Shown piece after piece: positions 17,830 to 26,993 of a stretch of 36,647 bases of DNA. The stretch is from positions 1 to 36,647 of the forward strand of contig JBAXOY010000017.1 in assembly GCA_037133055.1 (NCBI GenBank), written 5' to 3'. Source of the stretch: Chlamydiota bacterium (GTDB taxonomy: Bacteria; Auribacterota; Tritonobacteria; UBA1439). The notes beneath the pieces are model-generated. The model was given only the letters and a program-made list of their open reading frames with translations, did not search any database and had not been told where the DNA came from. Made by a program: the position numbers and the translations under genes. Numbering within the stretch: the first letter of the stretch is position 1; each line of letters opens with the position of its first letter.

Positions 17830-19059
17830 TCAGAGGAACTTCTTCAGGAACGGTTTCACGCGCTTCAGGACGGGGTTGCGCCGGAACGCGCGCCTCAGGG
17901 GGAGGGCGGCGAGTCCCCGCGCCTCCCGAAGCTCCATCCCCGCGTCCTTCGTGCGCCACCCCCGGGCCGAGCAGATGATGCACGTCGGCGGGGGCTTCTC
18001 GCTCAGCAGCGAGCGCCGAAGGTCCCGGTAGGATTTCCCCCTCCATATCTCCTCAAAGCTCTTCTCGTTCAGGTTCCCCATGGAGGTGAACATCGCGCAG
18101 CAGGGGATGACATCGCCGCCGGTCGTCACCACGGCCATCTTCCAGGGGAAAAAGCAGTCCTTGATGACCGCGGCCCTCCGCGCGCCGTCGGCTTCCTTGT
18201 AGGACTCCTGCGCCTGCGGCGGCTCGAACTGGTCGGGGGGGATGAGCGAGAGCTCGACCCCGACCTCCCCTGCGACCGCCCGCGCCTTCTCGTACCACGA
18301 CCTTCCGATCTCCCGGTGGCGCCAGGCGAGGGATTGCCCCTCGCCCCCCTCGAACTCGACCATCTCCTGGAGGCCGACCCGGGAGACGCCCAGCGCCCCC
18401 GCCATCCTCACCACCTCGGGGAGCTCGCCGATCGTGTCCTTCATGCCGAGGACCATGAACTCGACGCGCGGCGCCGCCGTCCGCCGCGCCCCCTTCTCCC
18501 CGCGGATATGCGTGAGGGCGGACACGATCTCCCCGATCTCCCCCCCGACCCGGATCCTCCTGTAGGTCTCGGGGCGGGCGGCGTCGAGGGAGATGGTGAG
18601 GATGTCGAGCCCCAGCCGGACGATCTCCCTGGCGACATCGGCGGTGATGAGCACGCCGTTGCTGATCGTCCTGACGGTGATGCCGTGGGCCTTGAGCGCC
18701 GCGAGCATCCTGAGGTAGAGGTCGGGACGTATGAACGCCTCGCCCCACACCCCGCTCAGATCCACGTAGTCGAGCAGGGGAAAAAGCGGCTCGATCTTCC
18801 TGAACAGCTCCCAGTCCATCAGGCGGTCCGGGGCGGTGCCGACGCGCCCGACCGTCTTCGCGCACATGACGCAGCGCAGGTTGCAGAGGGATGAAATCTC
18901 CAGCATGAGCATGGAGGGGAGGGGAACACGGCCCGATTCGAGGAAACGGCGCACGAGCGGGCGCATCACCCGGGCGCCGATGCCCGTCCTCCCCCCTTCC
19001 GCGTTCGCGCCGCCGCGGGCGACGCACGCCGCCGCGGGCGCGGCGGACTTCTCCGTCAT
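17830..19059 (-). CDS. Radical SAM/SPASM protein
   Basis: CNLRCVMC, WGEAF, SLDAA; CFFPW...GDVIPCC...MGNL...EIWRG...CIIC. Start ATG 19059; 19107 lies within the promoter. Confidence 0.9.
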   Translation of the reverse strand: MTEKSAAPAAACVARGGANAEGGRTGIGARVMRPLVRRFLESGRVPLPSMLMLEISSLCNLRCVMCAKTVGRVGTAPDRLMDWELFRKIEPLFPLLDYVDLSGVWGEAFIRPDLYLRMLAALKAHGITVRTISNGVLITADVAREIVRLGLDILTISLDAARPETYRRIRVGGEIGEIVSALTHIRGEKGARRTAAPRVEFMVLGMKDTIGELPEVVRMAGALGVSRVGLQEMVEFEGGEGQSLAWRHREIGRSWYEKARAVAGEVGVELSLIPPDQFEPPQAQESYKEADGARRAAVIKDCFFPWKMAVVTTGGDVIPCCAMFTSMGNLNEKSFEEIWRGKSYRDLRRSLLSEKPPPTCIICSARGWRTKDAGMELREARGLAALPLRRAFRRNPVLKRVKPFLKKFL

Positions 19060-19096
19060 GGCCGTCACCCGATGCCCCCCCCGACCGAACGGGGCA

Positions 19097-19169
19097 ACTA
19101 TATACATGTCCGGGGGGGCGTGTAAAGCACTTTGAATCTACTTGACCGCGGGCGCAGTACGCATAGAAT
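19097..19169. promoter_or_regulatory. Back-to-back sigma70-type promoters
   Basis: Minus: TTTACA (19121-19126), 18 bp, TATAGT (19097-19102). Plus: TTGACC (19142-19147), 16 bp, TAGAAT (19164-19169). Confidence 0.55.
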
Positions 19170-19198
19170 GGTCACAAACCCAAGGCGGCCCGGCGCCC

Positions 19199-20617
19199 AT
19201 GAAACCGCTCGTATACGTCATCGTCATCAACTGGAACGGGATCGACCATCTCCCCTCGTGCCTCGGCTCGCTCGCCCGGCTCTCCTACGGCAACGCGAGA
19301 GTCGTGCTGGTGGACAACGCCTCCACGGACGGGAGCCGGGACTACGTGCGGACGCATTTCCCGGAGGTGACGCTGATCGAGAACCGGACGAACGCGGGCT
19401 TCGCCGCCGGCAACAACCGCGGGATGGCGTATGCGATGGAACAGGGGGCGGAGTTCATCGCCCTCCTCAACAACGACATGGAGGTGGACCCTGACTGGAT
19501 CACCGCGCTCGTCGACGCCGCCGGCGAAGATGCCTCCGTCGGGGCGTGCGCGCCCACGCTCCTCTATTTCCACAATCGCGACATCGTCCAGGGAATCGGC
19601 GTCTGCCTCAACAGGATCGCCCTCACGTGGGACTGCCTGAACGGGCGCTACGACACCCCCGAGCTCGCCGTCGCCCCCGAGGTCATCGCCGCGTGCGGCG
19701 GGGCGTTCTTCGTGCGGGCCGCGGCGCTCAGGGACGCGGGCCTGTTCGACCCGGCGTATTTCATCTACCTGGAGGACGTGGACCTCAGCCTGCGGATCCG
19801 GGCGCGGGGATACCGGATCATCACGGCTCCCGCGGCGCGCGCGTACCACAAGGCGTCGGCCACCATGCGGGAGAATTCGCCCCGCAAGAATTACCTGACC
19901 CTGCGGAACCGGATCATGCTCATCCTCAAATGCTTCCCCGCCCCCATGATCCCCGGCGCGCTCGCCGGCACCCTGCGCTGGGAATGCGGGGTTGCGCGGG
20001 CCAACTACTGGAGGGGGGATTCCCGGCTGATCGCCACGCAGGCCCGCGCAATCCTCGCCGCCCTCCTCCGTCTCCCCCGCCTTATCGCCGCGAGGAGGAG
20101 GCTCGGCCCCATGACGCACGAGCGCGTGTGGCGCCTCCTGAACCCAGACACGGCGCCCCCCCGCGTCCGCCTGCCGTCGCCCCCCGCGGCCGGGTGGGAT
20201 CGCCCGGCGGAAACAGAGATCGCGCTCGGCTCGCCCGGCGCCCGCCTCGGGCCCGGGTGGTACCTGATGTACGACGCGGGCGACCGCGACTACCGCCGCT
20301 TTGCCCGCGAGGCCTCGCTCGCCCTGCGCATGCCGCGGGGGGCGGAGGCATCGCTCCGGATCACCGTCGGCAACGACCACGCCGCGCTGAAACGGATCGG
20401 CCTTCGCGTGTTCGCGGGCGGGGGGGAGATCGGGCGCGTGACGCCCGGCTCAGGCTGGAACGTCTACACCTTCCCGCTCGTGAACGCAGGGCCGGGCCCC
20501 GTGACCGTAACGCTCAAAGCGGACGACCTCTACCGCGCCGAGTCCACCGGCGAACCCACGGACCTGAGCTTCAAGGTGCGGGCGGCCGGATTGAGGGCGC
20601 CCGGAGACACGAGGTGA
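19199..20617 (+). CDS. GT2 glycosyltransferase with C-terminal accessory domain (paralog of 9861..11339)
   Basis: MKPLVYVIVINWNGIDHLP...VDNASTDGSR...GNNRGM...LLNND...YLEDVDLSLR, colinear with the 9861 gene. Confidence 0.92.
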   Translation: MKPLVYVIVINWNGIDHLPSCLGSLARLSYGNARVVLVDNASTDGSRDYVRTHFPEVTLIENRTNAGFAAGNNRGMAYAMEQGAEFIALLNNDMEVDPDWITALVDAAGEDASVGACAPTLLYFHNRDIVQGIGVCLNRIALTWDCLNGRYDTPELAVAPEVIAACGGAFFVRAAALRDAGLFDPAYFIYLEDVDLSLRIRARGYRIITAPAARAYHKASATMRENSPRKNYLTLRNRIMLILKCFPAPMIPGALAGTLRWECGVARANYWRGDSRLIATQARAILAALLRLPRLIAARRRLGPMTHERVWRLLNPDTAPPRVRLPSPPAAGWDRPAETEIALGSPGARLGPGWYLMYDAGDRDYRRFAREASLALRMPRGAEASLRITVGNDHAALKRIGLRVFAGGGEIGRVTPGSGWNVYTFPLVNAGPGPVTVTLKADDLYRAESTGEPTDLSFKVRAAGLRAPGDTR

Positions 20618-20683
20618 TTTTCTCCGCCGCCGGGGCGCGTGTGAATGGCGGGGATGCGCCGGGGGGAACACGCCGCGCGCCCC

Positions 20684-20836
20684 CCCTCGCACAATGAGTC
20701 GCCCCGTATCGCCTGCCTCGAGGCGCGGGCATGCGGGAAGCCGGTGATCAGGGCGCGCGCCGGCGCGGCACCAGAGGTGATCGCGGACGGCGTGGGCGGA
20801 TCCCTCGTGCCCTTCGGAAGGCCGGCGGAGCTCGCC
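20684..20836 (+). pseudogene. Degenerate GT4 C-terminal fragment
   Basis: PSHNESPRIACLEARACGKPVIRARAGAAPEVIADGVGGSLVPFG aligns by eye to PSRNESFGMVYLEAWACGIPVVGCAAGGVPAVITDGGDGFLVPFG of 15010..16248; no N-domain. Confidence 0.75.
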
Positions 20837-20849
20837 CGTCCAGAGCCGG

Positions 20850-21863
20850 TCAGTCGACGACCCAGTGGCATCTCCGACAAAACACGGGAATCCGGTTGCG
20901 GAGCGACAGGATCCGGAATTTCACGGCCTCCCGGCTGTTGAGACAGCGCAGCAGGCCCTTTTCGAACACGTTTCCGAAATGCAGTTCTTTTCTGAACGGC
21001 TTGGCGCAGCAGGGGGCAAGATACCCGTCCCATGTGACATACATAAATTTCCAGACATACGGGCAATTCCTGAATTCCCTTCGTTCTGTCGGCGGAACCA
21101 GTGAAAGCCCCACGCCTTCAGCGGCGGCCGCGGATTTCGCCTCGGCGAGCATCCGGTTGAATTCGGGGGTGTGGAAAAACCGGTAGTACTCGATATCCCA
21201 ATCCACGCTTGCGAGATTTACGGGTGTAAACGTCACCCTGGCGATGCCGATCTTCTTCGCCAGCCTGATGACCTCGGCCATCTGGTGATGATTCTCCTTG
21301 AGGATCACCATGTTGAAGAGAATATCCGTCCCCCCTTCATGCGCTGTGCGGGCGATCCGCCTCACGTTGGAGAGAAACAGATCGTACGTCGCTCCTTTCC
21401 TCAGTTTTTCAAAAACCTCTCCAATGCCGTCGATGGATATCTGGATGCTGTTGATCTTGTCCATGACCGAGCCGATGATTTCGGCGCTGGACGGAAGGCT
21501 CGCGTTGGTGGAAAGATAAATGCTGACCGACGGTTTTTTATCCCTGATATATTCCACAGCCTCCCGGAGATGCGGGTACAGCACGGTCTCGCCCAAGCCG
21601 GTAAGGCCCACATTGTCGAGATAGGGGTGGCTCTCGTCGATGAGCCTCTTCAGTTTTTCCAAATCCATATGCCCCTTATCCATTGCTCTCCCGTACGAGT
21701 AATGGAGCGGGCAGATGAGACACCGCAAGGGACAATAGGTCGTCAGTTCACAAATGATGGAGCGCGGATACGGGAGATACGGCAGGAGTTTGAATTCACT
21801 GAGGCGATTGAGCCCCTTGTTCACCGCATCGGCGATCCTCCCGTACTGCGCCCTGATGCTCAT
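20850..21863 (-). CDS. Radical SAM/SPASM protein
   Basis: CPLRCLIC, GLGET, SIDG; CPYVW...GYLAPCC...FGNV...CRRC; GGAGGGAG SD before GTG 21866/ATG 21863; visibly lower GC. Confidence 0.9.
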   Translation of the reverse strand: MSIRAQYGRIADAVNKGLNRLSEFKLLPYLPYPRSIICELTTYCPLRCLICPLHYSYGRAMDKGHMDLEKLKRLIDESHPYLDNVGLTGLGETVLYPHLREAVEYIRDKKPSVSIYLSTNASLPSSAEIIGSVMDKINSIQISIDGIGEVFEKLRKGATYDLFLSNVRRIARTAHEGGTDILFNMVILKENHHQMAEVIRLAKKIGIARVTFTPVNLASVDWDIEYYRFFHTPEFNRMLAEAKSAAAAEGVGLSLVPPTERREFRNCPYVWKFMYVTWDGYLAPCCAKPFRKELHFGNVFEKGLLRCLNSREAVKFRILSLRNRIPVFCRRCHWVVD

Positions 21864-22028
21864 CACGATCTCCCTCCGGTGCCGTTTCCCGCCCACGGCC
21901 TGATATCTCCCCGCGTGAATACCTATCCGCCCATCACCGCGTCTGCCCGTGCGGACACCGGTGACGGCGTGCAGGTGACCGGGCAGATCATCCCGAACGC
22001 ACGGGAACAGTGACGATTCACGCCGTGA

Positions 22029-22997
22029 TCAGGGCGGCGTCGCCGCGCGCCTCCGATACTCATCCGCGATCGCGGGGTTGTCGCGGAGCCAGTCCGCCAT
22101 GAGGCGAAAGCCGGACTCGAAATCGTGGCGCGGCGCCCACCCCAGTTTCTCCCCGATCAGCCGCGCGTCCGCGACCCAGATGCCGGTGTCCCAGATCCTG
22201 TTCTCCATGGTGCCCCACCGCGGCCCGGCCTTGACGTCGAACACCCGCCGCGCGATTTCGACCACCTGCCGTATCGTCGTCTGCACCCCCGTCCCCACGT
22301 TGTACACCGCCCCCGGCTCATTCGCCGACGCCCCGGCGGCGAGGAGAAACGCCTCCACCACGTCGTCGACGTGGACGTAGTCCCGGGCGACGTCCGGGTT
22401 CACGAGCGGCGGCAGCGCCCCCTCCATGCAGTTCAGCATCAGGGTCGGCATGAGCCTGGTCGGCTCCTCCCAGGGGCCGTACACGGAATAGAGGCGGAGC
22501 GTCGTGATCGGAACGTTTTCCCTGCGGGATGCGTAGCGGCAGTAGAGCGCCGCGGCGGCCTTCGTGACGGCGTAGTAGCTGTTCGGGTCGATCCGCTCGT
22601 CTTCCGCGGGCGCGTGGTCCTTGAACCCGTACTCGGAGGAGGACCCCGCGTTCACGAACGACCCCACCCCCGTCTTCAGGCACGCCTCGACCAGGTTCGC
22701 GATCCCGACGACGTGCGTCTCCGCCATGCGGCGCGGGTCCGTCTGCGAGGAGTAGGCGCCGTAGGCGGCGAGGTGGAACACCCGGTCCGGCCTCGCCTCG
22801 CCGACCGCCCGCGCGACGGCGTCCCCGTCGCGGAGATCCACCTCGTGGATCCGGACGCCGTGCAGGACGCCCGCCAGCCGCCAGGGCGTGAACCCCTTCC
22901 GGAGGAAAAGGTGCACCTCGTCTCCGTCGCGGACAAGGCGGCGGCAGAGGTTGCTCCCCACGAACCCGGATGCCCCGGTGATCAGCACGCGTGTCAT
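22029..22997 (-). CDS. NAD-dependent epimerase/dehydratase (extended SDR)
   Basis: ITGASGFVG, GSSSEYG, YAVTK (YxxxK), LRLYSVYGP, RDYVHVDD. Confidence 0.93.
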   Translation of the reverse strand: MTRVLITGASGFVGSNLCRRLVRDGDEVHLFLRKGFTPWRLAGVLHGVRIHEVDLRDGDAVARAVGEARPDRVFHLAAYGAYSSQTDPRRMAETHVVGIANLVEACLKTGVGSFVNAGSSSEYGFKDHAPAEDERIDPNSYYAVTKAAAALYCRYASRRENVPITTLRLYSVYGPWEEPTRLMPTLMLNCMEGALPPLVNPDVARDYVHVDDVVEAFLLAAGASANEPGAVYNVGTGVQTTIRQVVEIARRVFDVKAGPRWGTMENRIWDTGIWVADARLIGEKLGWAPRHDFESGFRLMADWLRDNPAIADEYRRRAATPP

Positions 22998-23023
22998 ATC
23001 ATGTGCCCTGCTTTGATGTAGCC

Positions 23024-23174
23024 CGCAGATAAACGCAGATCGTCAGGATAGTCAGGATACAACCACTTCCTTTTCTTCCGCCATGTAATTCAACATGTCA
23101 CTATTTACTTTCAGCCTTTAACTTTCAACTATGGTCTCATCTGCGTCCATCCTGACGATCCGCGTTCATCTGCG
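23024..23174. repeat. Intergenic 26-bp imperfect inverted repeat enclosing an AT-rich core with heptamers
   Basis: CGCAGATAAACGCAGATCGTCAGGAT (23024-23049) vs ATCCTGACGATCCGCGTTCATCTGCG (23149-23174), 24/26 complementary. Confidence 0.85.
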
Positions 23175-23218
23175 TTCCGGCGTTAAAGCTGTATCCCGGT
23201 GCAATCCGCGGTCCGACA

Positions 23219-24139
23219 TTAAATAAAGTCGCCGTATTTCATCAGCTCAATATACGGCCCCGCCCAGAGCCGGACCTCGTCCCGTTCGGCCTGCGTGAGT
23301 TCCTCCGCGGTCGCCTTGTTCGCCTCCGCGGTCGCGCGGCGGATGGTGCCCCACGGGTACACCTCATCGAGCGGCGCCCCGTTCCACGTCGGGGCCGCCA
23401 GCGTATCCGCGGGCGCGATCCCGATCGATCTGCACAGCCCCCCGAGCACCTTCTTCGGGTCGGCGATGATATCCTCGAACCGGGCGATGTGGAGCCTGTC
23501 CGGATGCCGCCGCTGGAAGAAAAGGGCGTGGGCGAGCGCGGTCACCCAGCCCGTCATGTAGTGCTGCAGCGACAGGGGCACCGGCCTCTTCCTCGTGTCG
23601 CCGTACGCCGACCAGGGGTTCCGCACCACGTGCAGGACATGCGCCCCGGGCATCTCGCCGAGGATCGCACCGGCGTCCACGGCGATGATGGGGCTGTACC
23701 CGACGTAGACCGACTGCCGGCCGGTCTTCCGGTAATCCCTCCACGCGTCGAAGGTCGCCCGGAAGAACGCCTCGACGTTCGCGGGGCGTGAACGGCCCGA
23801 GGCGCGGACGTAGGCGACGTAGCGCTCGCACCGGTCCTCGTCGCTCAGGTCGAACGGCATGTGCCGGAACTTGCTCACCTTCGGCGTGCGGGCCCGCACC
23901 TTGCCCTCCTCGTCGATGATGGCCCGGTAGTCCTGGGCCGGGGTCGCGCTCAGGTCGAAGACCGGCCAGCGGTATTTCGCCGGGAACATGCCGCTCAAAT
24001 GATCGCGCACCAGGCGGGTGCCGATCTGCGACTCGAACGGGTAGACGAAAAGCTCCGGATGGCCGTCGAGCAGGCGGTGGGTCGTGTTGCCGCCGTTCTC
24101 GTACATCGCGGAGAGCATCAGGAAACGGAACTCAGCCAT
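23219..24139 (-). CDS. Sulfotransferase-like protein
   Basis: N-terminal GGNTTHRLLDGHPEL (PSB-loop-like), HVVRNPWSAY and ARFEDII motifs typical of bacterial sulfotransferase families; the PSB loop is divergent. Confidence 0.7.
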   Translation of the reverse strand: MAEFRFLMLSAMYENGGNTTHRLLDGHPELFVYPFESQIGTRLVRDHLSGMFPAKYRWPVFDLSATPAQDYRAIIDEEGKVRARTPKVSKFRHMPFDLSDEDRCERYVAYVRASGRSRPANVEAFFRATFDAWRDYRKTGRQSVYVGYSPIIAVDAGAILGEMPGAHVLHVVRNPWSAYGDTRKRPVPLSLQHYMTGWVTALAHALFFQRRHPDRLHIARFEDIIADPKKVLGGLCRSIGIAPADTLAAPTWNGAPLDEVYPWGTIRRATAEANKATAEELTQAERDEVRLWAGPYIELMKYGDFI

Positions 24140-24151
24140 TGCGATACCTCC

Positions 24152-25345
24152 TTACCGTGTGTGCAGATCGAACGAATAGAACAGCCCCGCGGCGCGCGCC
24201 GCCGAGGCCTCATCGCCGGGCGTGAACGGGAACCCCCCGCTCATCGCCGACGGCATCCATTCGAGCGCGAATATCTGGTTGCCCGCGGGCCAGACGATGG
24301 CCCCGAGCGCCTCTCCCGTCCGCGCATCGAGCGCGTGGACGCCGCACCGGGCGGCATCGGGGTCGAGCCCCGGCGCGTACGCCCGGAACCGCGGCAGGAC
24401 GCGGGAGGTCCCGACAAACGCGACATCCCCGCAGAAGGCGAGGCCGCGCGTCCATCCCGGAAGCCGCCTGACGGGGACGAACGCGCCCCCCTCGACGACG
24501 CCGACCTCCCCGTAGCCGCTGTTGTCCACCCAGATCTTCCCCCCGTGGAGCCTGGCCGAGTGCGGGCGCGTCAGCCCGCGGGCCATCGCCTCGCGGGTCA
24601 CGCCGGAGAATATCACCCCGCGCCCGTCCACCGGGAAGGCGGGATCGCCGGGGCGGAGGGCGGTGACCTCGTCCGCCGAGGCGGAGAAAAACGAAGCGGC
24701 GGGACTGTCGCCGGCGGCGATGGAGTTGAGCTGGAGGTGGTTCCGGCCGACGACGGGGCCGCGCGACGTCTCGATGCACCGCGGCCACCAGACCCTTTCA
24801 CATGCACCCGAGGGGCCGATCCTCACGATCGAGTTCTGGCCCACCGAGGTCGCGTGGAGCTCCCCCCCGACCAGGGCGAGGTCGTGCAGGTACAGGCACC
24901 CGGGGAGAAACCGCACCAGGGCCGGGACAAGGGGGGCGCCCGCAGGGGCCTCCGCGTCGCTGTCGAGCCGCGGCATGAGCGTCCGCGCGGGTTTGAGATC
25001 GTAGATCTGGTTCGGGTTCCGCGTGCAGGCGACGTGCACCGTCCCGCGGGCGCCGTCCACCGCGATCCCCGACGGGTGCGGGAGCCGCATGAAGGTGAAG
25101 GCCCCCCCCCCCTCCGCATCCGCCCGCATCCCCAGCAGGAGATGCTCGTACTCGCGCGAGACGAGGAGCGTGATCCCGCACCGCCCGAGGGTCTCCCACC
25201 ACCGCCCCTCCACCGCGCATTCGAAGAGCCCGGGATCGATCGCCCCCGCCCCGTGCCAGAAGGCGACGAGGTCCGCGGGGTCGCGGAACTGCTCGTGGTG
25301 GCGCGCCCAGAGCGCCTCGCGGGAATTTTGGGGGGAATCGTTCAT
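24152..25345 (-). CDS. DUF4915 / TIGR03032-like beta-propeller protein
   Basis: YLHDLA, NHLQLNSIA, GLTRPHSARLH, LPGWTRGLAF, AFVGTS; ATG 25345 overlaps the upstream TGA. Confidence 0.75.
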   Translation of the reverse strand: MNDSPQNSREALWARHHEQFRDPADLVAFWHGAGAIDPGLFECAVEGRWWETLGRCGITLLVSREYEHLLLGMRADAEGGGAFTFMRLPHPSGIAVDGARGTVHVACTRNPNQIYDLKPARTLMPRLDSDAEAPAGAPLVPALVRFLPGCLYLHDLALVGGELHATSVGQNSIVRIGPSGACERVWWPRCIETSRGPVVGRNHLQLNSIAAGDSPAASFFSASADEVTALRPGDPAFPVDGRGVIFSGVTREAMARGLTRPHSARLHGGKIWVDNSGYGEVGVVEGGAFVPVRRLPGWTRGLAFCGDVAFVGTSRVLPRFRAYAPGLDPDAARCGVHALDARTGEALGAIVWPAGNQIFALEWMPSAMSGGFPFTPGDEASAARAAGLFYSFDLHTR

Positions 25346-26067
25346 CAGCGATCCGTGGAAGCGGCGGGGGCGCCGGCGCGGCGCATGTTCCGCCAGAGGC
25401 GGAAGGCCCCCGCGTACATTTTCAGGGCGGAGGGGACCATGGTGGTGGACCGGCCGCTGTGCCGCCCCGGCGAAACCACCGGCACCTCGATCACCGGGAT
25501 GCCGCTCCGCACACAGTGGAGGAGCAGTTCCAGGTCGATCAGGTCGCCCTCTTCCCTCAGGCCCCCGGGGGGGAGAAAGGACCTCGCGAACACTTTCGGG
25601 GTCCCGTTCACGTCCCATACCGCGAGAGAGAAAAGCGCCCGGCACTGAAAGTTGTAGAGTATCGACCCCATCCTCCGCATCACGGGGAACCTCAATTTTC
25701 TCTCGGCCTTGATAAGGTACCCGGGGTTGGCGTACCCCAGCAAAATGAGCGCGCAGAGCGCATGCGGCGGCGTCCTCGCGGAGTTCGCGTAGGCGATGAG
25801 ATCCCCCCGCGCGACCGCAATGCCGCTGCGCACCGCGCGCCCCCATCCCGGCGCGGGATCGTGCAGCACCCTGACGGAGGGATGGGCGCGGGCGATCTCC
25901 TCGCACGCCTTCAGCGAGCCGTCGGTGCTCGCGTTGACCACCGCGATGATTTCGAAATCGTGCCGGAGGTTCGAGAGCGCGGCGAGATAGCCGCGGAGGA
26001 TATCCCCGATATGGTCCCCCTGGTTATAGACGGGGAGGACGATGGAGAGGGGTATTCCCCCGCTCAC
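25345..26067 (-). CDS. GT2 glycosyltransferase (DPM-synthase-like size)
   Basis: LSIVLPVYNQ, VVNASTDGS, GWGRAVRSG; GTG 26067 coupled to the upstream TGA; no obvious DxD. Confidence 0.82.
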   Translation of the reverse strand: MSGGIPLSIVLPVYNQGDHIGDILRGYLAALSNLRHDFEIIAVVNASTDGSLKACEEIARAHPSVRVLHDPAPGWGRAVRSGIAVARGDLIAYANSARTPPHALCALILLGYANPGYLIKAERKLRFPVMRRMGSILYNFQCRALFSLAVWDVNGTPKVFARSFLPPGGLREEGDLIDLELLLHCVRSGIPVIEVPVVSPGRHSGRSTTMVPSALKMYAGAFRLWRNMRRAGAPAASTDR

Positions 26068-26993
26068 GGCCTTCCCCCCCCGCGCCCCTCGCGGACCGAG
26101 CGGGCGATATTCTCCGCCGAAAGGCCGTGGTGCTCCCTGAGGAACCGGGTGCTCCCGATTACGGCTGGAAACGGAAATTGAGCCCCGAGGCGAACGACCC
26201 GGCACGGCGCGCCGATCCCGGCGGCGGTCTCCGCCACGAGGGAACCGAGCCCGCCCTCCGGGTAGTGCTCCTCGACCGTCACCACCGTGGCGACGCCCCC
26301 CAGGAACTTCCTGATGTCGTCCGCCGGCGCGGGCCGGAGCGACGAGACGATCCCCACCGCGGTCCGGATCCCGTCCGCGGCGAGCATCTCCGCGGCCCGG
26401 ACCGCCTCCGCCGCGATGCTCCCGATGGCGATGATCCCCGCGTCGGCCCCCTCGCGCAGGATCTCCATCCTGCCCAACGTGAACCGGCCGTCGAGGCCGG
26501 GGAGCGGCGGGCAGTTCTCCTTGCTGATGCGGAAATAGACCGGCCCGGGGAGATCGTACACGGCGCGGATCGCCGCCGAGGCCTGGTCATCGTCGGCGGG
26601 GGCGATCACGGTAAGACCCGGCTGGCAACGCATGATCCCGAGGTCCTCCAGCGCGGCATGCGTGGGGCCCGCATGCCCGTATTCAAACCCGCCCCCTATC
26701 CCGAGGACGCGGACGGGCAGGCGGTGGAGCACGGGGCCGTCGCGCAGCTGCTCGTAGCCCCGCATGGAGGCGAAGGTGGCGATCGAGTAGAGGAACGGGA
26801 TGTAGCCGCACGCCGCGAGCCCCGTCGCGATCCCGGCCATATCGGCCTCCGCGACCCCCACGTTGTAGAAGCGGTCGGGGTAGGCGGCGGCGAACTCCTC
26901 GAGGACCATGAACCCGAGGTCCGCGGTGAGGAGCACGATGCGCGGGTCGCGGCCCGCGAGATCGAGCAGGGTCGCCGCCAGTTGCTTCCTCAT
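26064..26993 (-). CDS. Transketolase-like, C-terminal (pyrimidine-binding) subunit
   Basis: LTADLG, FYNVGVAE, YEQLR, GPTHAALEDL, TVEEHY...GGLGS; ATG 26993. Confidence 0.92.
   Translation of the reverse strand: MRKQLAATLLDLAGRDPRIVLLTADLGFMVLEEFAAAYPDRFYNVGVAEADMAGIATGLAACGYIPFLYSIATFASMRGYEQLRDGPVLHRLPVRVLGIGGGFEYGHAGPTHAALEDLGIMRCQPGLTVIAPADDDQASAAIRAVYDLPGPVYFRISKENCPPLPGLDGRFTLGRMEILREGADAGIIAIGSIAAEAVRAAEMLAADGIRTAVGIVSSLRPAPADDIRKFLGGVATVVTVEEHYPEGGLGSLVAETAAGIGAPCRVVRLGAQFPFPAVIGSTRFLREHHGLSAENIARSVREGRGGGRP

Noticed and set aside
6374..21863. RiPP (ranthipeptide/sactipeptide) cluster, suggested by the SPASM enzymes
   Set aside because: No credible precursor peptide, RRE domain, peptidase or transporter seen; the neighbours are glycosyltransferases.
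21900..22028. Short IR (GCGTGAAT...ATTCACGC) in the epimerase/radical-SAM gap
   Set aside because: Only 8 bp, about 95 bp apart; compatible with chance.
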